Below are positions 20,490 through 30,577 of a DNA stretch of 64,000 bases, piece after piece (the stretch's first letter is position 1; every line of letters starts with the position of its first letter). This DNA is from an uncultured Acidimicrobiales bacterium (GTDB lineage: Bacteria > Actinomycetota > Actinomycetes > Mycobacteriales > QHCE01). The position numbers were made by a program, and so were the translations under genes. The stretch spans positions 80,220 to 144,219 of the forward strand of contig CAVTOA010000003.1 of assembly GCA_963736285.1 (NCBI GenBank). Direction: 5' to 3'. The notes under the pieces are model-generated. The model did no database searches. It saw only the letters and a list, made by a program, of their open reading frames with translations, and was not told the origin of the DNA.

Positions 20490-21299
20490 CCGTCCCCCGT
20501 CCCACCAGCGCCGCCGCTGATGGGGGCTCCGAACTGCAGCGCATGTTCGCAGAGCTGGCGAGCGTCCGCACGGACTCGCCTCGTTGGCATGAGCTTCGCG
20601 ACGAGCTGGTGCGCCGCAATCTGCCGCTGGTCAACTTTTTGGCTCGGCGATTTTCCGGGCGCGGTGAGCCGTGGGACGACCTAGCTGCAGGTGGCCACGA
20701 TTGGGCTCATCAAGGCCATCGATCGGTTCGACCTGGGCCGCGAGGTGGAGTTCAGTACCTACGCCACCCCCACCATTGTGGGCGAGATCAAACGTCACTT
20801 TCGTGATCGCGGCTGGGCATTGCGTGTTCCCCGCCGGCTGCAAGAAAACGCATTGACGGTCTCGAAAGCCACCTCAATGCTGTTCCATGAGCTGTCCCGG
20901 TCACCCACCATCGCTGAATTGGCGCACTCCACTGGCTTGAGCGAAGAAGATGTACTAGAGGCCATCGATTCTTCTCACGCCTACGCGACGGTCTCGCTCG
21001 ATGCGCAATTCGCTAGCGACTCACCTGGCGCTCCTACCCCGCCCACCGCGGGCGACGCCGCCGTGGCGCTGGAGGGGGTGGAAAACCGGGCATCGCTACG
21101 TCCACTGCTCGAGCAGCTATCTGAGCGGGAACGTCAGATCGTGCTGCTGCGGTTTTTTGGCAACATGACTCAATCGGAGATCGCCGCCGAAGTGGGCGTC
21201 TCTCAAATGCACGTGTCGCGATTGCTCAGCCGTTCGCTCGCTAGGCTGCGCTCTAGCGCCTCAGTCATAGCCGAGCGAGTAAAAGCCTCTGCCGAGTGA
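20486..21299 (+). pseudogene. SigB/SigF-family sigma factor with an apparent +1 frameshift
   Basis: ATGA-coupled start. NLPLVNFLARRF...EPWDDL, then an extra base near 20684, then QVATIGLIKAIDRFD...YATPTIVGEIKRHFRD...GVSQMHVSR. May be a sequencing error. Confidence 0.8.
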
Positions 21300-21314
21300 T
21301 GCCACCGAGCATCG

Positions 21315-21761
21315 TTAGCGGACGTTCAACGCCAGCCGAGACGACGGGGCCAGTAAGCACACTGCGGTAATCAAACAGTAGACACCGAGCACTACGCCTC
21401 CACAGTGGAGGATGAATCCGGCATCTCCGGTGGTCATAAACCACGAGACGGGCAACGCCATAAGTTGCGGCACTATCGCCACACCACGGGCCCAAGACCG
21501 CCGATTGGCTAGCGCCCTACCTAGTTGGAAGAGCAGCACCGCTACGGCGGCGGTCATCGCCGTCAAGACCGCTGCCTCGCCGGCGTCGGCAGGGCTTCCG
21601 ATCGTCACCTCGACGATTTGCACGCATGTCAGCACCGCTAATGCCGCGGATTGGATCCACAACAACAACACCGCCAGCCGCAGCGGTAGGGGGCCATCCT
21701 CATCCGGTGACAAGGAAGATGCGTCCAGGCCTGGGCTGCGTTGGGTGGCGGGCTCACTCAC
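21315..21761 (-). CDS. Four-TM membrane protein of unknown function
   Basis: Hydrophobic helices and 'RRSWARG..IV.Q' motif; start chosen so as not to overlap the divergent kinase gene. Confidence 0.65.
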   Translation of the reverse strand: MSEPATQRSPGLDASSLSPDEDGPLPLRLAVLLLWIQSAALAVLTCVQIVEVTIGSPADAGEAAVLTAMTAAVAVLLFQLGRALANRRSWARGVAIVPQLMALPVSWFMTTGDAGFILHCGGVVLGVYCLITAVCLLAPSSRLALNVR

Positions 21762-21795
21762 AGCGACTAGCCTACCGGCAGGTACAGTCGCCGAC

Positions 21796-22731
21796 ATGCG
21801 CGCGCTGCTAGTGGTAAACCCCCATGCCACCACTACTAGTCCTCGCACCCGCGATGTGTTAACCCACGCGCTCAACAGCGAAGTCTCGTTATCAGTCGCA
21901 CACACTGATCATCGCGGGCATGCCGCTCAGCTCACCACTGAGGCGGTTCGCTCTGGTGCGGAGCTTGTGGTCGCGCTCGGTGGCGATGGCACCGTTAATG
22001 AGGTTGCCAACGGGCTGCTGGCCGCTCGCTCATTCTTAAAAAACGACGTCCCTCTTCCTGCTTTGGGAGTCGTGCCCGGTGGCTCGACCAACGTGTTTGC
22101 GCGCGCATTGGGTCTGTCTGGAGAGCCAGTAGACGCCACCGGAGTATTACTAGAAGCCATCCGGGAGCAACGTTCCCGAACAGTTGGCCTCGGTCAGGTT
22201 GGGGATCGTTTCTTTACCTTTTGCGCCGGGTTTGGCTTCGATGCAGAGGTCGTTCGCCGGGTTGAGCAAGCGCGGAAGCAGGGCAAGACCGCGACACACG
22301 GACGCTACGTTCGAGCCGCTCTCGCCCAATTCGCGCTCGCAAAGGATCGCGGTGCACCGTCCATCCGCTTCACCGATGCCGCAACGCCGGACAATGCCAT
22401 CGAGCTCGGGCTGTCTCTGGTGCAAAACACCTCACCCTGGAGCTATCTAGGGGGTAGAGAGCTCCAGCCGTCTCCGCAAGCATCTTTTGTCACTGGACTA
22501 GACATCACGGGTGTACGGCGGTTGGGGCTTGTGCCCACCATGAAGACCGCGCTACAGCTCCTCATCACCGGTCGCACGCGGGGGCGCGCGGTGTTCCAGC
22601 GCCACGATCTCGAGACGTTCACTCTTTCGGCATCGAAGCCATTGGCATTCCAAGTCGATGGCGATTACTTGGGTGAGCGCGATTCATTGACGTTCCATTC
22701 GATTCCCGATGCATTGCGGGTAATGGTTTAA
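21796..22731 (+). CDS. Diacylglycerol/lipid kinase family protein
   Basis: MRALLVVNP, GGDGTVNEV, PGGSTNVFAR, QVDGD. Confidence 0.92.
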   Translation: MRALLVVNPHATTTSPRTRDVLTHALNSEVSLSVAHTDHRGHAAQLTTEAVRSGAELVVALGGDGTVNEVANGLLAARSFLKNDVPLPALGVVPGGSTNVFARALGLSGEPVDATGVLLEAIREQRSRTVGLGQVGDRFFTFCAGFGFDAEVVRRVEQARKQGKTATHGRYVRAALAQFALAKDRGAPSIRFTDAATPDNAIELGLSLVQNTSPWSYLGGRELQPSPQASFVTGLDITGVRRLGLVPTMKTALQLLITGRTRGRAVFQRHDLETFTLSASKPLAFQVDGDYLGERDSLTFHSIPDALRVMV

Positions 22732-22865
22732 CAGATAAGAGTCATAGCAAAACGCTGTGTAATCATTATCATTATTGATAGCAATACGAAATCGTTTGTT
22801 TACGCAGTGTGAGCTGCAAAAATGAATAGGGGCAGCATTTACCTTTCGTATCGGGCATACTATTT

Positions 22866-22881
22866 CGTGAAGCTGCTCACG
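22866..22881. promoter_or_regulatory. CRP-type binding site upstream of whiB1
   Basis: CGTGA-AGCTGC-TCACG matches GTGA-N6-TCAC; TTGACA follows at 22909-22914. CRP control of whiB1 is known in mycobacteria. Confidence 0.6.
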
Positions 22882-23085
22882 GGACACGCGAAATGCTCTT
22901 CAATTCCCTTGACACTCGTCGTTCTCGTGGAAGTATTCAATAGCGTTACCCGCGACTTACCGCCACATTCGACGGTTACTTGACCGGATGACTCATAGTC
23001 GAAGTCGTCAGCATCAAGCAAACTCGCGAGAAAAGCTCTAAACCCCGAAGTATCCCCACTTGGAAAAAATCAAGGAGTATAGGTA

Positions 23086-23337
23086 ATGGATTGGCGCCAT
23101 CGCGCCCTCTGTCGCGACGAGGACCCAGAACTTTTCTTCCCCATCGGCACCACGGGGCCAGCGTTAACGCAGGTAGAAAAGGCAAAGCAGGTGTGCGGTC
23201 GTTGCCCGGTCACCCAAGACTGTCTCATTTGGGCACTTGAGACCGGCCAGGATGCGGGTGTATGGGGCGGCACAAGCGAAGAAGAGCGCCGTGCGATCAA
23301 GCGCAGCGAATTTCAGCCACAGCTTCACTCCGCATAG
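23086..23337 (+). CDS. whiB1: WhiB-family Fe-S transcription factor (WhiB1/WblE)
   Basis: MDWRHRALCRDEDPELFFPIG, four Cys, GVWGG; AAGGAG RBS. Confidence 0.95.
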   Translation: MDWRHRALCRDEDPELFFPIGTTGPALTQVEKAKQVCGRCPVTQDCLIWALETGQDAGVWGGTSEEERRAIKRSEFQPQLHSA

Positions 23338-23403
23338 TCTGTAGCGTCGCTTCCCATTTGTGCCGCAACCGCAGCCTTTGAACACACCGAATAATAAAAT
23401 TTA

Positions 23404-23452
23404 TTTAAATTGAAAGGCCCAGTGATGCTGTCACTGGGCCTTTCAATTTAAA
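23404..23452. terminator. Bidirectional intrinsic terminator
   Basis: TTTAAATTGAAAGGCCCAGTGA-tgctg-TCACTGGGCCTTTCAATTTAAA, 22-bp stem between convergent whiB1 and dgt. Confidence 0.85.
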
Positions 23453-23653
23453 ATCGAGCACAGTTACGGCAGGCTTTATATTACGAAATAGGCACCTATT
23501 TCGTACCAGTTATTACTCAGTGCGATATCACAACTCGCGTCCGCATCCACAATATTGGATCGTTCGATACGTCGATAACGCAGCCATATGCTCCAGGTCG
23601 ACGATTCGCGCAATAAATAGCACCGACCGTGCCGATGTTCCCTCACATGCTCA

Positions 23654-24890
23654 TTACTCGTAACGGCGTAGCCAATTGACCAACGAGCGATCCGTTAGCT
23701 GCGCCACTTGATCGATCACTACCCGCAACCGCGCCCGATCATCGGCCGCACGCCGCCACAACGGCGCAAACACTGGGTCAAGTGCGGTCGGGTGCCCGCG
23801 CAATTAACCTGTGCGCAAGAGAGGTCACCCATTCTCGCTGAATTTCACGTCGGCGCTCCGCGTCTGGCTGTCCAATGACATATCGCAACGCCAGCCCCTT
23901 AATGAGCGCACACTCGGCGCGGGTTCGACGCGGAACAACCAAATCAGCGCCATAACGCCGCAGAGACGCGCCACCGAAGTGCTCCCGCGTGGCGTGCACG
24001 GCCGACCAGGCAAACCGTCCAACAAAGGTGGTCGTCAAACGCTTCACCGCCAGCTGAGCCCGGTACGAGCCATCGTATTGACGGGCGGCGACCATCGCGG
24101 GCTCGTGTAGGAGATCGCCTAAAACCTCGGCGAGATAGTCGGTTGGCTCTGTCGAGTACACCGGCTGTATGTGCTCACAGAGGGCCCGCCGCTCGCCGAT
24201 GTCGTCGAACACTCGAAGGTCAATATGACCGGCGTGGAGACCGTCTTCCATATCGTGCACGGAATAGGCGACGTCGTCCGCCCAGTCCATGACTTGGGCC
24301 TCAAGACATCTGCGGCGCCCGGAAACGCCCTCGCGAAGCCAACGAAAGACCGGAAGGTCGTCGACGTACACACCGAACTTTCCATGCTCATTGTGCTCAC
24401 GCGTCCAGGGGTATTTGGCCACCGCGTCCAATGTGGACCGGGTGAGGTTGAGGCCAACGCTATAACCGTCCGCATCCATGACTTTGGGCTCAAGCCGCGT
24501 GAGCACCCGCAGTGTCTGTGCATTGCCTTCGAACCCGCCGCAGGGCTCGGCCACGATATTGAGCGCCGTCTCGCCGGTGTGGCCAAAGGGTGGGTGGCCC
24601 AGGTCGTGTGCGAGTCCGGCCGCGTCGACCACATCGGGGTCGCAACCAAGCGCGACTGCCAACTCGCGGCCGATCTGCGCTACCTCTAACGAATGGGTGA
24701 GCCGGGTTCGCGGGAAATCGTCTTCGCCTGCCGTCACTACTTGGGTTTTTGCCGCCAGCCGACGCAGCGCCGCCGAATGCAGCACTCGAGCACGGTCGCG
24801 CTCGAACTCGCTACGGGCATTACTTTTGTAAGACTCAGGAACCCAGCGTTGCAACGCATGCTGGTCATAGTCGTTAGTCGCGATAACCAC
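23654..24890 (-). CDS. dgt: Deoxyguanosinetriphosphate triphosphohydrolase with an apparent +1 frameshift near the 3' end
   Basis: [44 protein letters not shown]. The ORF stops at 23778, but the expected tail ALDPVF...[14 protein letters not shown] continues in a shifted frame to TAA 23654. Confidence 0.88.
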
Positions 24891-25056
24891 TCGATGAGCC
24901 TAGTGTCTCGCCCCCACCGTTAGCGGTTCGAATGACGGGTGGCTCACCGCGCGCTGCCTCCGATGACCGGTGCTGTTGAGTGGGCGGGTAGCGACGAAAT
25001 AATTAATCGACATTATTCGCTAATTACCACATAACCATCATTCTGCTTTATGCAAT

Positions 25057-26562
25057 TTGCGGAAGGGATATTTTTTGTGGCATACGGCCGCTATCGTCGC
25101 AGCCGTGAGACACCCCAATGCGCCGGCCGAGTGCGCTAACCCAGTGTTAGCAAACGCGGTGACCGAGCTTGGCTGGTCACTCACTCGGCTCGTTGCCGAA
25201 GTCAATACCCTCCTAGGCACCAACTACGTCAGCCGCTCTACCGCCTCTGAGTGGATGAACAAAGGCAGGGTGCCACACGATCCGCTACCTACGGTGGTAG
25301 CGCATTTGTTGTCGCACGAGCTGGGTCGCACCATCTCTGTGCAGGAGCTATGGGCAGGCAAAGCCAAAGACTCTCCGCTGTGGATTCCCGCTGACACCGG
25401 CCTCGATGTGCCATGGACGGTGCGCGGCACGCTCGACATACTCGCTGACTGGTTAGTGAATGGTGGCAACGCAATGAACCTCGACCGCCGTACATTTCTT
25501 GCACTATCGGGCGCCGCGCTGACCGCCCCAGCCTGGGACTATGTGGACCATCTCGATTCGTCACAACATCATGCCGTAGCGCAATTGCCTTTTTCTGGTG
25601 ATTCCAATAGGCAAATTACTCCCGCAATGGCGCAAGTCGTTGAGGGAACTATCGATCATTTGCGTCGCGTTGACGATCAAGAAGGCGGCAATATAAATCA
25701 CCTTCGTTTTGTTCATCAACAATTCATGACAGTCGGTCAATATGTAAAAAGCGGCCAAGCCGCCAATAGTAAAGTCATGAACCAGTTATTGCGTTCATGG
25801 TCGGAACTCGGCCAGTTCGCAGCCTGGATGGCAGTCGACGCCGAAGAGCATGGCCTGGCAAATCGCTACTTTCACACTGCATTACGTGCCGCACACAGTG
25901 TCGGTGACCGTGCCTTAGGCGCCCATATCCTGGGATTCATGGTCTATCAAGCCGCTTACTGTGGGCAGGCAAGAGAGGCCATTGATCTCGCAAATGCTGC
26001 ACGTGACGCCACTAGTGGGACTCCAACCGCAGTTCGATCGCTAATCGCGGCACGGGACGCAATGGCGCAGGCCAGCATTGGTAATACATATGGCGTTCAA
26101 AAGGCGATGGAAGAATCTCGCGAATTGATGGCTAGGCCCGATGCTGTAGATACTCGGCCGTCTTATCTTTATTGGTGGACGCAAAAGAATGTGGAGCATG
26201 AGGCGGCGTTTATCACTCTCCACATGAATGAGGTTCGATCTCGCCAACAATTGAAACTATTTGAAAATGTGGAAGAAACACTGAAAGAATTTATTCAACC
26301 TGACAACATAACGCGGCAACGTGATGCCTTATACAACAGCGTTCGGTTGTCTCACGCTCACCTCTCGCAAGGCGCAGCAGACAAAACGGTGGAGACAGGA
26401 CGATATGCGATTCAAGGAGTACGGACCCTACGACACCCTCGTTCTATCACTCAGCTAAGAAAACTTCGCGCGGATATAAACAACAATTCTGCCTTGCGCT
26501 ATAAAACAGAAATCGTTGATTTTCGTAAGGAACTTGATTCGGCTCTTGCTGAGGTTTCATGA
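25057..26562 (+). CDS. Actinobacterial HTH plus helical-repeat (TPR-like) regulator, NsdA-like
   Basis: N-terminal 'SRSTASEW..KGRVP...PTVVAHLLS', internal DRRTFL, LRRVDDQEGG, AAWMAVD, ALRAAHSVGDRALGAHIL. True start may be GTG near 25104. Confidence 0.75.
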   Translation: MRKGYFLWHTAAIVAAVRHPNAPAECANPVLANAVTELGWSLTRLVAEVNTLLGTNYVSRSTASEWMNKGRVPHDPLPTVVAHLLSHELGRTISVQELWAGKAKDSPLWIPADTGLDVPWTVRGTLDILADWLVNGGNAMNLDRRTFLALSGAALTAPAWDYVDHLDSSQHHAVAQLPFSGDSNRQITPAMAQVVEGTIDHLRRVDDQEGGNINHLRFVHQQFMTVGQYVKSGQAANSKVMNQLLRSWSELGQFAAWMAVDAEEHGLANRYFHTALRAAHSVGDRALGAHILGFMVYQAAYCGQAREAIDLANAARDATSGTPTAVRSLIAARDAMAQASIGNTYGVQKAMEESRELMARPDAVDTRPSYLYWWTQKNVEHEAAFITLHMNEVRSRQQLKLFENVEETLKEFIQPDNITRQRDALYNSVRLSHAHLSQGAADKTVETGRYAIQGVRTLRHPRSITQLRKLRADINNNSALRYKTEIVDFRKELDSALAEVS

Positions 26563-27638
26563 GTTCCATTCAGCACGAGTCATGCAAGCAACCGAATGCC
26601 GGACCCCGTAAATACGATCGCAATGTGAAGCAGCGCCGGATGAGTGAAACCGCGGGCGTATTCCGGCTTGATGCTTACCGCGAACGAGCCATGCTGCTCA
26701 CCGGTGACATGATCTCGGTGATTGAAGAGACAATTCGCCAGCTACGGGTATTGGACGATCGCGAGGGCGGCAACGAACACAACCTGCAGTTTGTGTTGGG
26801 CCAGCTCGCGTTAGTCACCGACTATCTTGAGCATGCAGAATACGCTAGCGACAACGTCCACAAGCGACTCGTCGCAGCCGCAGCCCAGCTGCGTCAGCTC
26901 GCAGGTTGGCTCGCCCATGATGCTGAGCAACACACAGTTGCGCAACAGCACTTCCGTACCGCCCTCGACGCTGCCCGCAGTATCGACGATCGTGCACTGG
27001 CCGCACACATCCTCGGGTTTATGACCTACCAGGCTGCCTATCGCGGGGAAGCGAAGAACGCACTTAAACTGGCTCGTAATGCCCGAGAGGTTGCAAAAGG
27101 CACGCCGCTTGCGGTTCGCTCTCTCATTGCGGCCCGCGACGCCATGGCCCAGGCGACAGCGGGGAACGTCAGTGCTCTACAAAGAGCGATGGAAGAGTCA
27201 CACGAATTGATTTCTCATCCCGGTGCTCTGGATGATCGTCCAGATTGGCTGTATTGGTGGGACACGCGTTATGTAAAACGTGAAGCAGCTTTTGTTGCGC
27301 TTCATCTTGAACAAAGAAAGATCAGTAGTCAGAATGCGCTTCTGCTGCAAGCGGAGACATCATTAAAGTTGTTTTTCGCAGAGCCGGAAATTGACTGTAA
27401 GCGTGATGCGCTCTATCACGGGATTCGCCTCTCCCACACCTATCTGTGGCGTGGCGAGGTGGAACAGGCTCTCAGTATCGGACGCTATGCCCTCACTGGC
27501 CTCCAGTCGTTGCCACACCCACGGTCGCTCACGCAGCTGCGCAGACTAGACACCACACTCGGTTCGCGCCTGGAACTACGCGACCTCCATGAAGTGACCG
27601 AATTTCGTAACGGAATCCACGATCTCCTCGCCGCCTAA
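26559..27638 (+). CDS. Paralog of the preceding regulator lacking the N-terminal HTH
   Basis: ATGA overlap; LRVLDDREGG, AGWLAHD, AHILGFMTYQAAY, RSLIAARDAMAQA and HPRSLTQLR all mirror the upstream gene. Confidence 0.75.
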   Translation: MSSIQHESCKQPNAGPRKYDRNVKQRRMSETAGVFRLDAYRERAMLLTGDMISVIEETIRQLRVLDDREGGNEHNLQFVLGQLALVTDYLEHAEYASDNVHKRLVAAAAQLRQLAGWLAHDAEQHTVAQQHFRTALDAARSIDDRALAAHILGFMTYQAAYRGEAKNALKLARNAREVAKGTPLAVRSLIAARDAMAQATAGNVSALQRAMEESHELISHPGALDDRPDWLYWWDTRYVKREAAFVALHLEQRKISSQNALLLQAETSLKLFFAEPEIDCKRDALYHGIRLSHTYLWRGEVEQALSIGRYALTGLQSLPHPRSLTQLRRLDTTLGSRLELRDLHEVTEFRNGIHDLLAA

Positions 27639-27658
27639 CTTCTAGACATTGGACCGGC

Positions 27659-27851
27659 ATGAGCACAGCAAACACGATACGCAGAAATATTAAGAATCTG
27701 GAAAAAAGATTAGAAGTGCTGAAAACACGGGGGGGGGGATCCAAATGCCATAAAGAACGTGGAGCGAGAACTTCAGAAACAGAGAAATGCGCTAGCAGCT
27801 AGAGAAGCAGCAAGGAGTCAAGCAAGTGACGGTCACAGCAGAAAACGCTAA
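27659..27851 (+). other. Small ORF interrupted by a G10 tract; 63-aa helical hairpin if the tract is G9
   Basis: With G9: MSTANTIRRNIKNLEKRLEVLKTRGGDPNAIKNVERELQKQRNALAAREAARSQASDGHSRKR*. Tract at 27729-27738. Confidence 0.5.
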
Positions 27852-27871
27852 GCACTTGCAACTGACTGGAG

Positions 27872-30577
27872 TTAAGACCTAAGAAGCACTGCGCGGGCGG
27901 CTTCAAGGCGTGCTACTGGCACCCGGAACGGCGAGCAGGAGACATAGTCCAAGCCAACCTCGTCGAAGAACCGCACCGATTCTGGATCCCCACCATGCTC
28001 CCCACAGACTCCTACAGTGAGATCTGGCTTCGTCGCGCGACCACGCTCGGTACCAGTACGCACCAGCTCACCCACGCCTTCGGTATCCAAGGTCTCAAAT
28101 GGACTCACGCTGAAGATCCCCTGATCCATGTAGGCAGAAAAGAACGCCGCCTCGACGTCGTCCCGGGAGAATCCCCAGGTGGTTTGGGTCAGATCGTTGG
28201 TGCCAAAGGAAAAGAAGTCGGCGGATTCAGCAATGCGTCCAGCGGTAATGGCCGCCCGCGGTAGCTCGATCATGGTGCCGATCGGGATATCCATGGCCGA
28301 CACCTGCGACTGTTCCCAGACTCGGGAAAGTACCTTAATCGTCTCCGCGCGCACCGTCTCTAGTTCTTGGGCGGCACCCACTAGCGGAATCATGATCTCC
28401 GGCCGAGGGTTCTGCCCGGCCCGCTCGCACTCCACAGTGGCTTCCGCGATCGCCTGCACTTGCATGTCGAATAGCCCGGGCACAACCAGACCAAGCCGGA
28501 CACCCCGCAGGCCAAGCATGGGGTTTTGTTCATGTAGTCGACGCACTGCTACCAACAGCCGCTGGTCCGATTTAGACACCTCACCGCGTTCGTGCGCCAC
28601 AGCCACTCTCACTGAGAGTTCCGTGAGGTCGGGCAAGAATTCGTGCAGCGGTGGGTCCAGCAAACGGATCGTGACGGGCAAACCGTCCATTGCAGACAGG
28701 ATCTTCACGAAATCACTGCGCTGCAACGGAAGCAACGCGGCCAACGCCGCAGTGCGTTCTTTCTCGCTGTCGGCCACAATGAGGCGTTCAATGTGTTGCC
28801 GCCGCTCCCCCAAGAACATGTGCTCGGTACGACACAGCCCGATGCCCTGGCCACCGAAGCGACGCGCACGTGACGCGTCTTCGGCGGTGTCGGCGTTTGC
28901 CCACACCTGAAGGCGCCGCGTCCGGTCCGCGTGGGTGATGATGCGATGTACCGCAGCGACCAGCGGATCGGCATCCGGCGCTATCTCGCCCTCGAAATAG
29001 CGAACGACTGGTGACGGCCGCACCGGCACCTCGCCCACATAGACCGCTCCGGTTGTGCCGTCAATGGAGATAACGTCGCCTTCATTCACCGCTGCTCCAC
29101 CTTGGACAGTGAACTGGCGCTGCTGCACGTCCACGTCGAGCGACTCCGCACCACAGACACACGTCTTTCCCATCCCGCGCGCCACCACCGCGGCGTGGCT
29201 GGTCTTGCCCCCTCGCGATGTCAAGATGCCCTCAGCGGCGATCATGCCGTCAAGGTCGTCGGGGTTGGTCTCCCGCCGCACCAGAATTACCTTTTCGCCT
29301 TTGCGCGCCCATTCGACCGCCGTGCGCGAGTCGAAGACCGCCCGCCCCACCGCCGCTCCCGGTGAGGCATTCATGCCTGTGGCAATCTGATTGCGCGCTG
29401 CGGTGTCGTCGAACGCCGGAAACATGAGCCGCGCTAGCTGGTCGCCGGTGACCCGGGTGGTCGCCTCGTCCAGATCGATCATGCCCTGGTCCACCAGCTC
29501 AGACGCGATGGTGAACGCCGCGGCGGCGGTTCGCTTGCCAACCCGGGTCTGCAGCATCCATAGCTTGCCGCGCTCAATGGTGAACTCAATGTCACACAAG
29601 TCTCGATAGTGACTCTCCAATGTGGACATTGTCTGCAATAGCTCTTGGTACGCCGTCTCGTTCAGCTGCTCCAGCTGCTGCAGCGGGACCGTATTGCGAG
29701 TGCCGGCTACCACGTCTTCGCCTTGAGCGTTCTGCAGATAGTCGCCGTAGATGCCCTGTTTGCCCGTGGCCGGATCGCGGGTGAACGCCACGCCCGTTCC
29801 CGAGTCTGGCCCGAGATTGCCAAACACCATCGCCACCACGTTGATCGCTGTGCCCAGATCGGCTGGAATCCGCTCCTGGCGGCGATACGTCACGGCTCTG
29901 GGAGCATTCCACGACTCGAAAACGGCGCGAATCGCCAGGTCAAGCTGTTTGTGCGGATCTTGCGGGAAATCCACCCCTGCGTGCTCACTGACAATCTTTT
30001 TGAATCGCTCCACAAGCTGACGGAGGTCACCGGATTCCAAGTCGACGTCACTTGTGACGCTGCGCACCTGCTTGATTTCGTCGATCGCGGACTCAAAATG
30101 CTCTGCCTCTATGCCGAGCACGGTCGCGCCAAACATCTGCACCAACCGCCGGTAGGAATCCCAGGCGAACCGCTCGTCCCCTGACTGCGCCGCCAAGCCC
30201 ATGACCGACTCGTCACTCAATCCCACGTTGAGCACGGTCTCCATCATGCCGGGCATAGAGAACCGGGCGCCAGAACGGACGGACACCAGCAGCGGATCCC
30301 CTGGATCGCCCAGGGTCTTGCCCATCCGTTTTTCCAGCTCCGCAAGGAAGGCATCGATCTGCTGAGACAAACCGGGCGGATATCCTTTGTCCGACAAAAA
30401 AGCGCGACAGGCCTCGGTAGTGATCGTGAACCCAGGGGGTACCGGCAGCAGTAGATTCGCCATCTCGGCGAGGTTTGCGCCCTTTCCGCCAAGCAGGTCC
30501 GCCATTCCCTTGTGGCCCTCGGCAAACGCATACACATACTTGGGACTGTGTGTGGTCTCGGCTGCAATGGACTTCAC
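27872..30577 (-). CDS. ppdK: Pyruvate, phosphate dikinase
   Basis: LLGGKGANLAEM, SVRSGA, SMPGMM, GGKTSHAAVVARG, GLCRTEHM, FSFGTNDL, CGEHGG. Confidence 0.97.
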   Translation of the reverse strand: MKSIAAETTHSPKYVYAFAEGHKGMADLLGGKGANLAEMANLLLPVPPGFTITTEACRAFLSDKGYPPGLSQQIDAFLAELEKRMGKTLGDPGDPLLVSVRSGARFSMPGMMETVLNVGLSDESVMGLAAQSGDERFAWDSYRRLVQMFGATVLGIEAEHFESAIDEIKQVRSVTSDVDLESGDLRQLVERFKKIVSEHAGVDFPQDPHKQLDLAIRAVFESWNAPRAVTYRRQERIPADLGTAINVVAMVFGNLGPDSGTGVAFTRDPATGKQGIYGDYLQNAQGEDVVAGTRNTVPLQQLEQLNETAYQELLQTMSTLESHYRDLCDIEFTIERGKLWMLQTRVGKRTAAAAFTIASELVDQGMIDLDEATTRVTGDQLARLMFPAFDDTAARNQIATGMNASPGAAVGRAVFDSRTAVEWARKGEKVILVRRETNPDDLDGMIAAEGILTSRGGKTSHAAVVARGMGKTCVCGAESLDVDVQQRQFTVQGGAAVNEGDVISIDGTTGAVYVGEVPVRPSPVVRYFEGEIAPDADPLVAAVHRIITHADRTRRLQVWANADTAEDASRARRFGGQGIGLCRTEHMFLGERRQHIERLIVADSEKERTAALAALLPLQRSDFVKILSAMDGLPVTIRLLDPPLHEFLPDLTELSVRVAVAHERGEVSKSDQRLLVAVRRLHEQNPMLGLRGVRLGLVVPGLFDMQVQAIAEATVECERAGQNPRPEIMIPLVGAAQELETVRAETIKVLSRVWEQSQVSAMDIPIGTMIELPRAAITAGRIAESADFFSFGTNDLTQTTWGFSRDDVEAAFFSAYMDQGIFSVSPFETLDTEGVGELVRTGTERGRATKPDLTVGVCGEHGGDPESVRFFDEVGLDYVSCSPFRVPVARLEAARAVLLRS

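Noticed and set aside
23654-24890. dGTPase as an anti-phage nucleotide-depletion system
   Set aside because: It looks like the ordinary housekeeping actinobacterial Dgt near ppdK and glyQS, with host-like composition.
25473-25540. Twin-arginine (Tat) signal MNLDRRTFLALSGAAL
   Set aside because: The motif is internal and typical of this cytoplasmic regulator family; there is no support for export.
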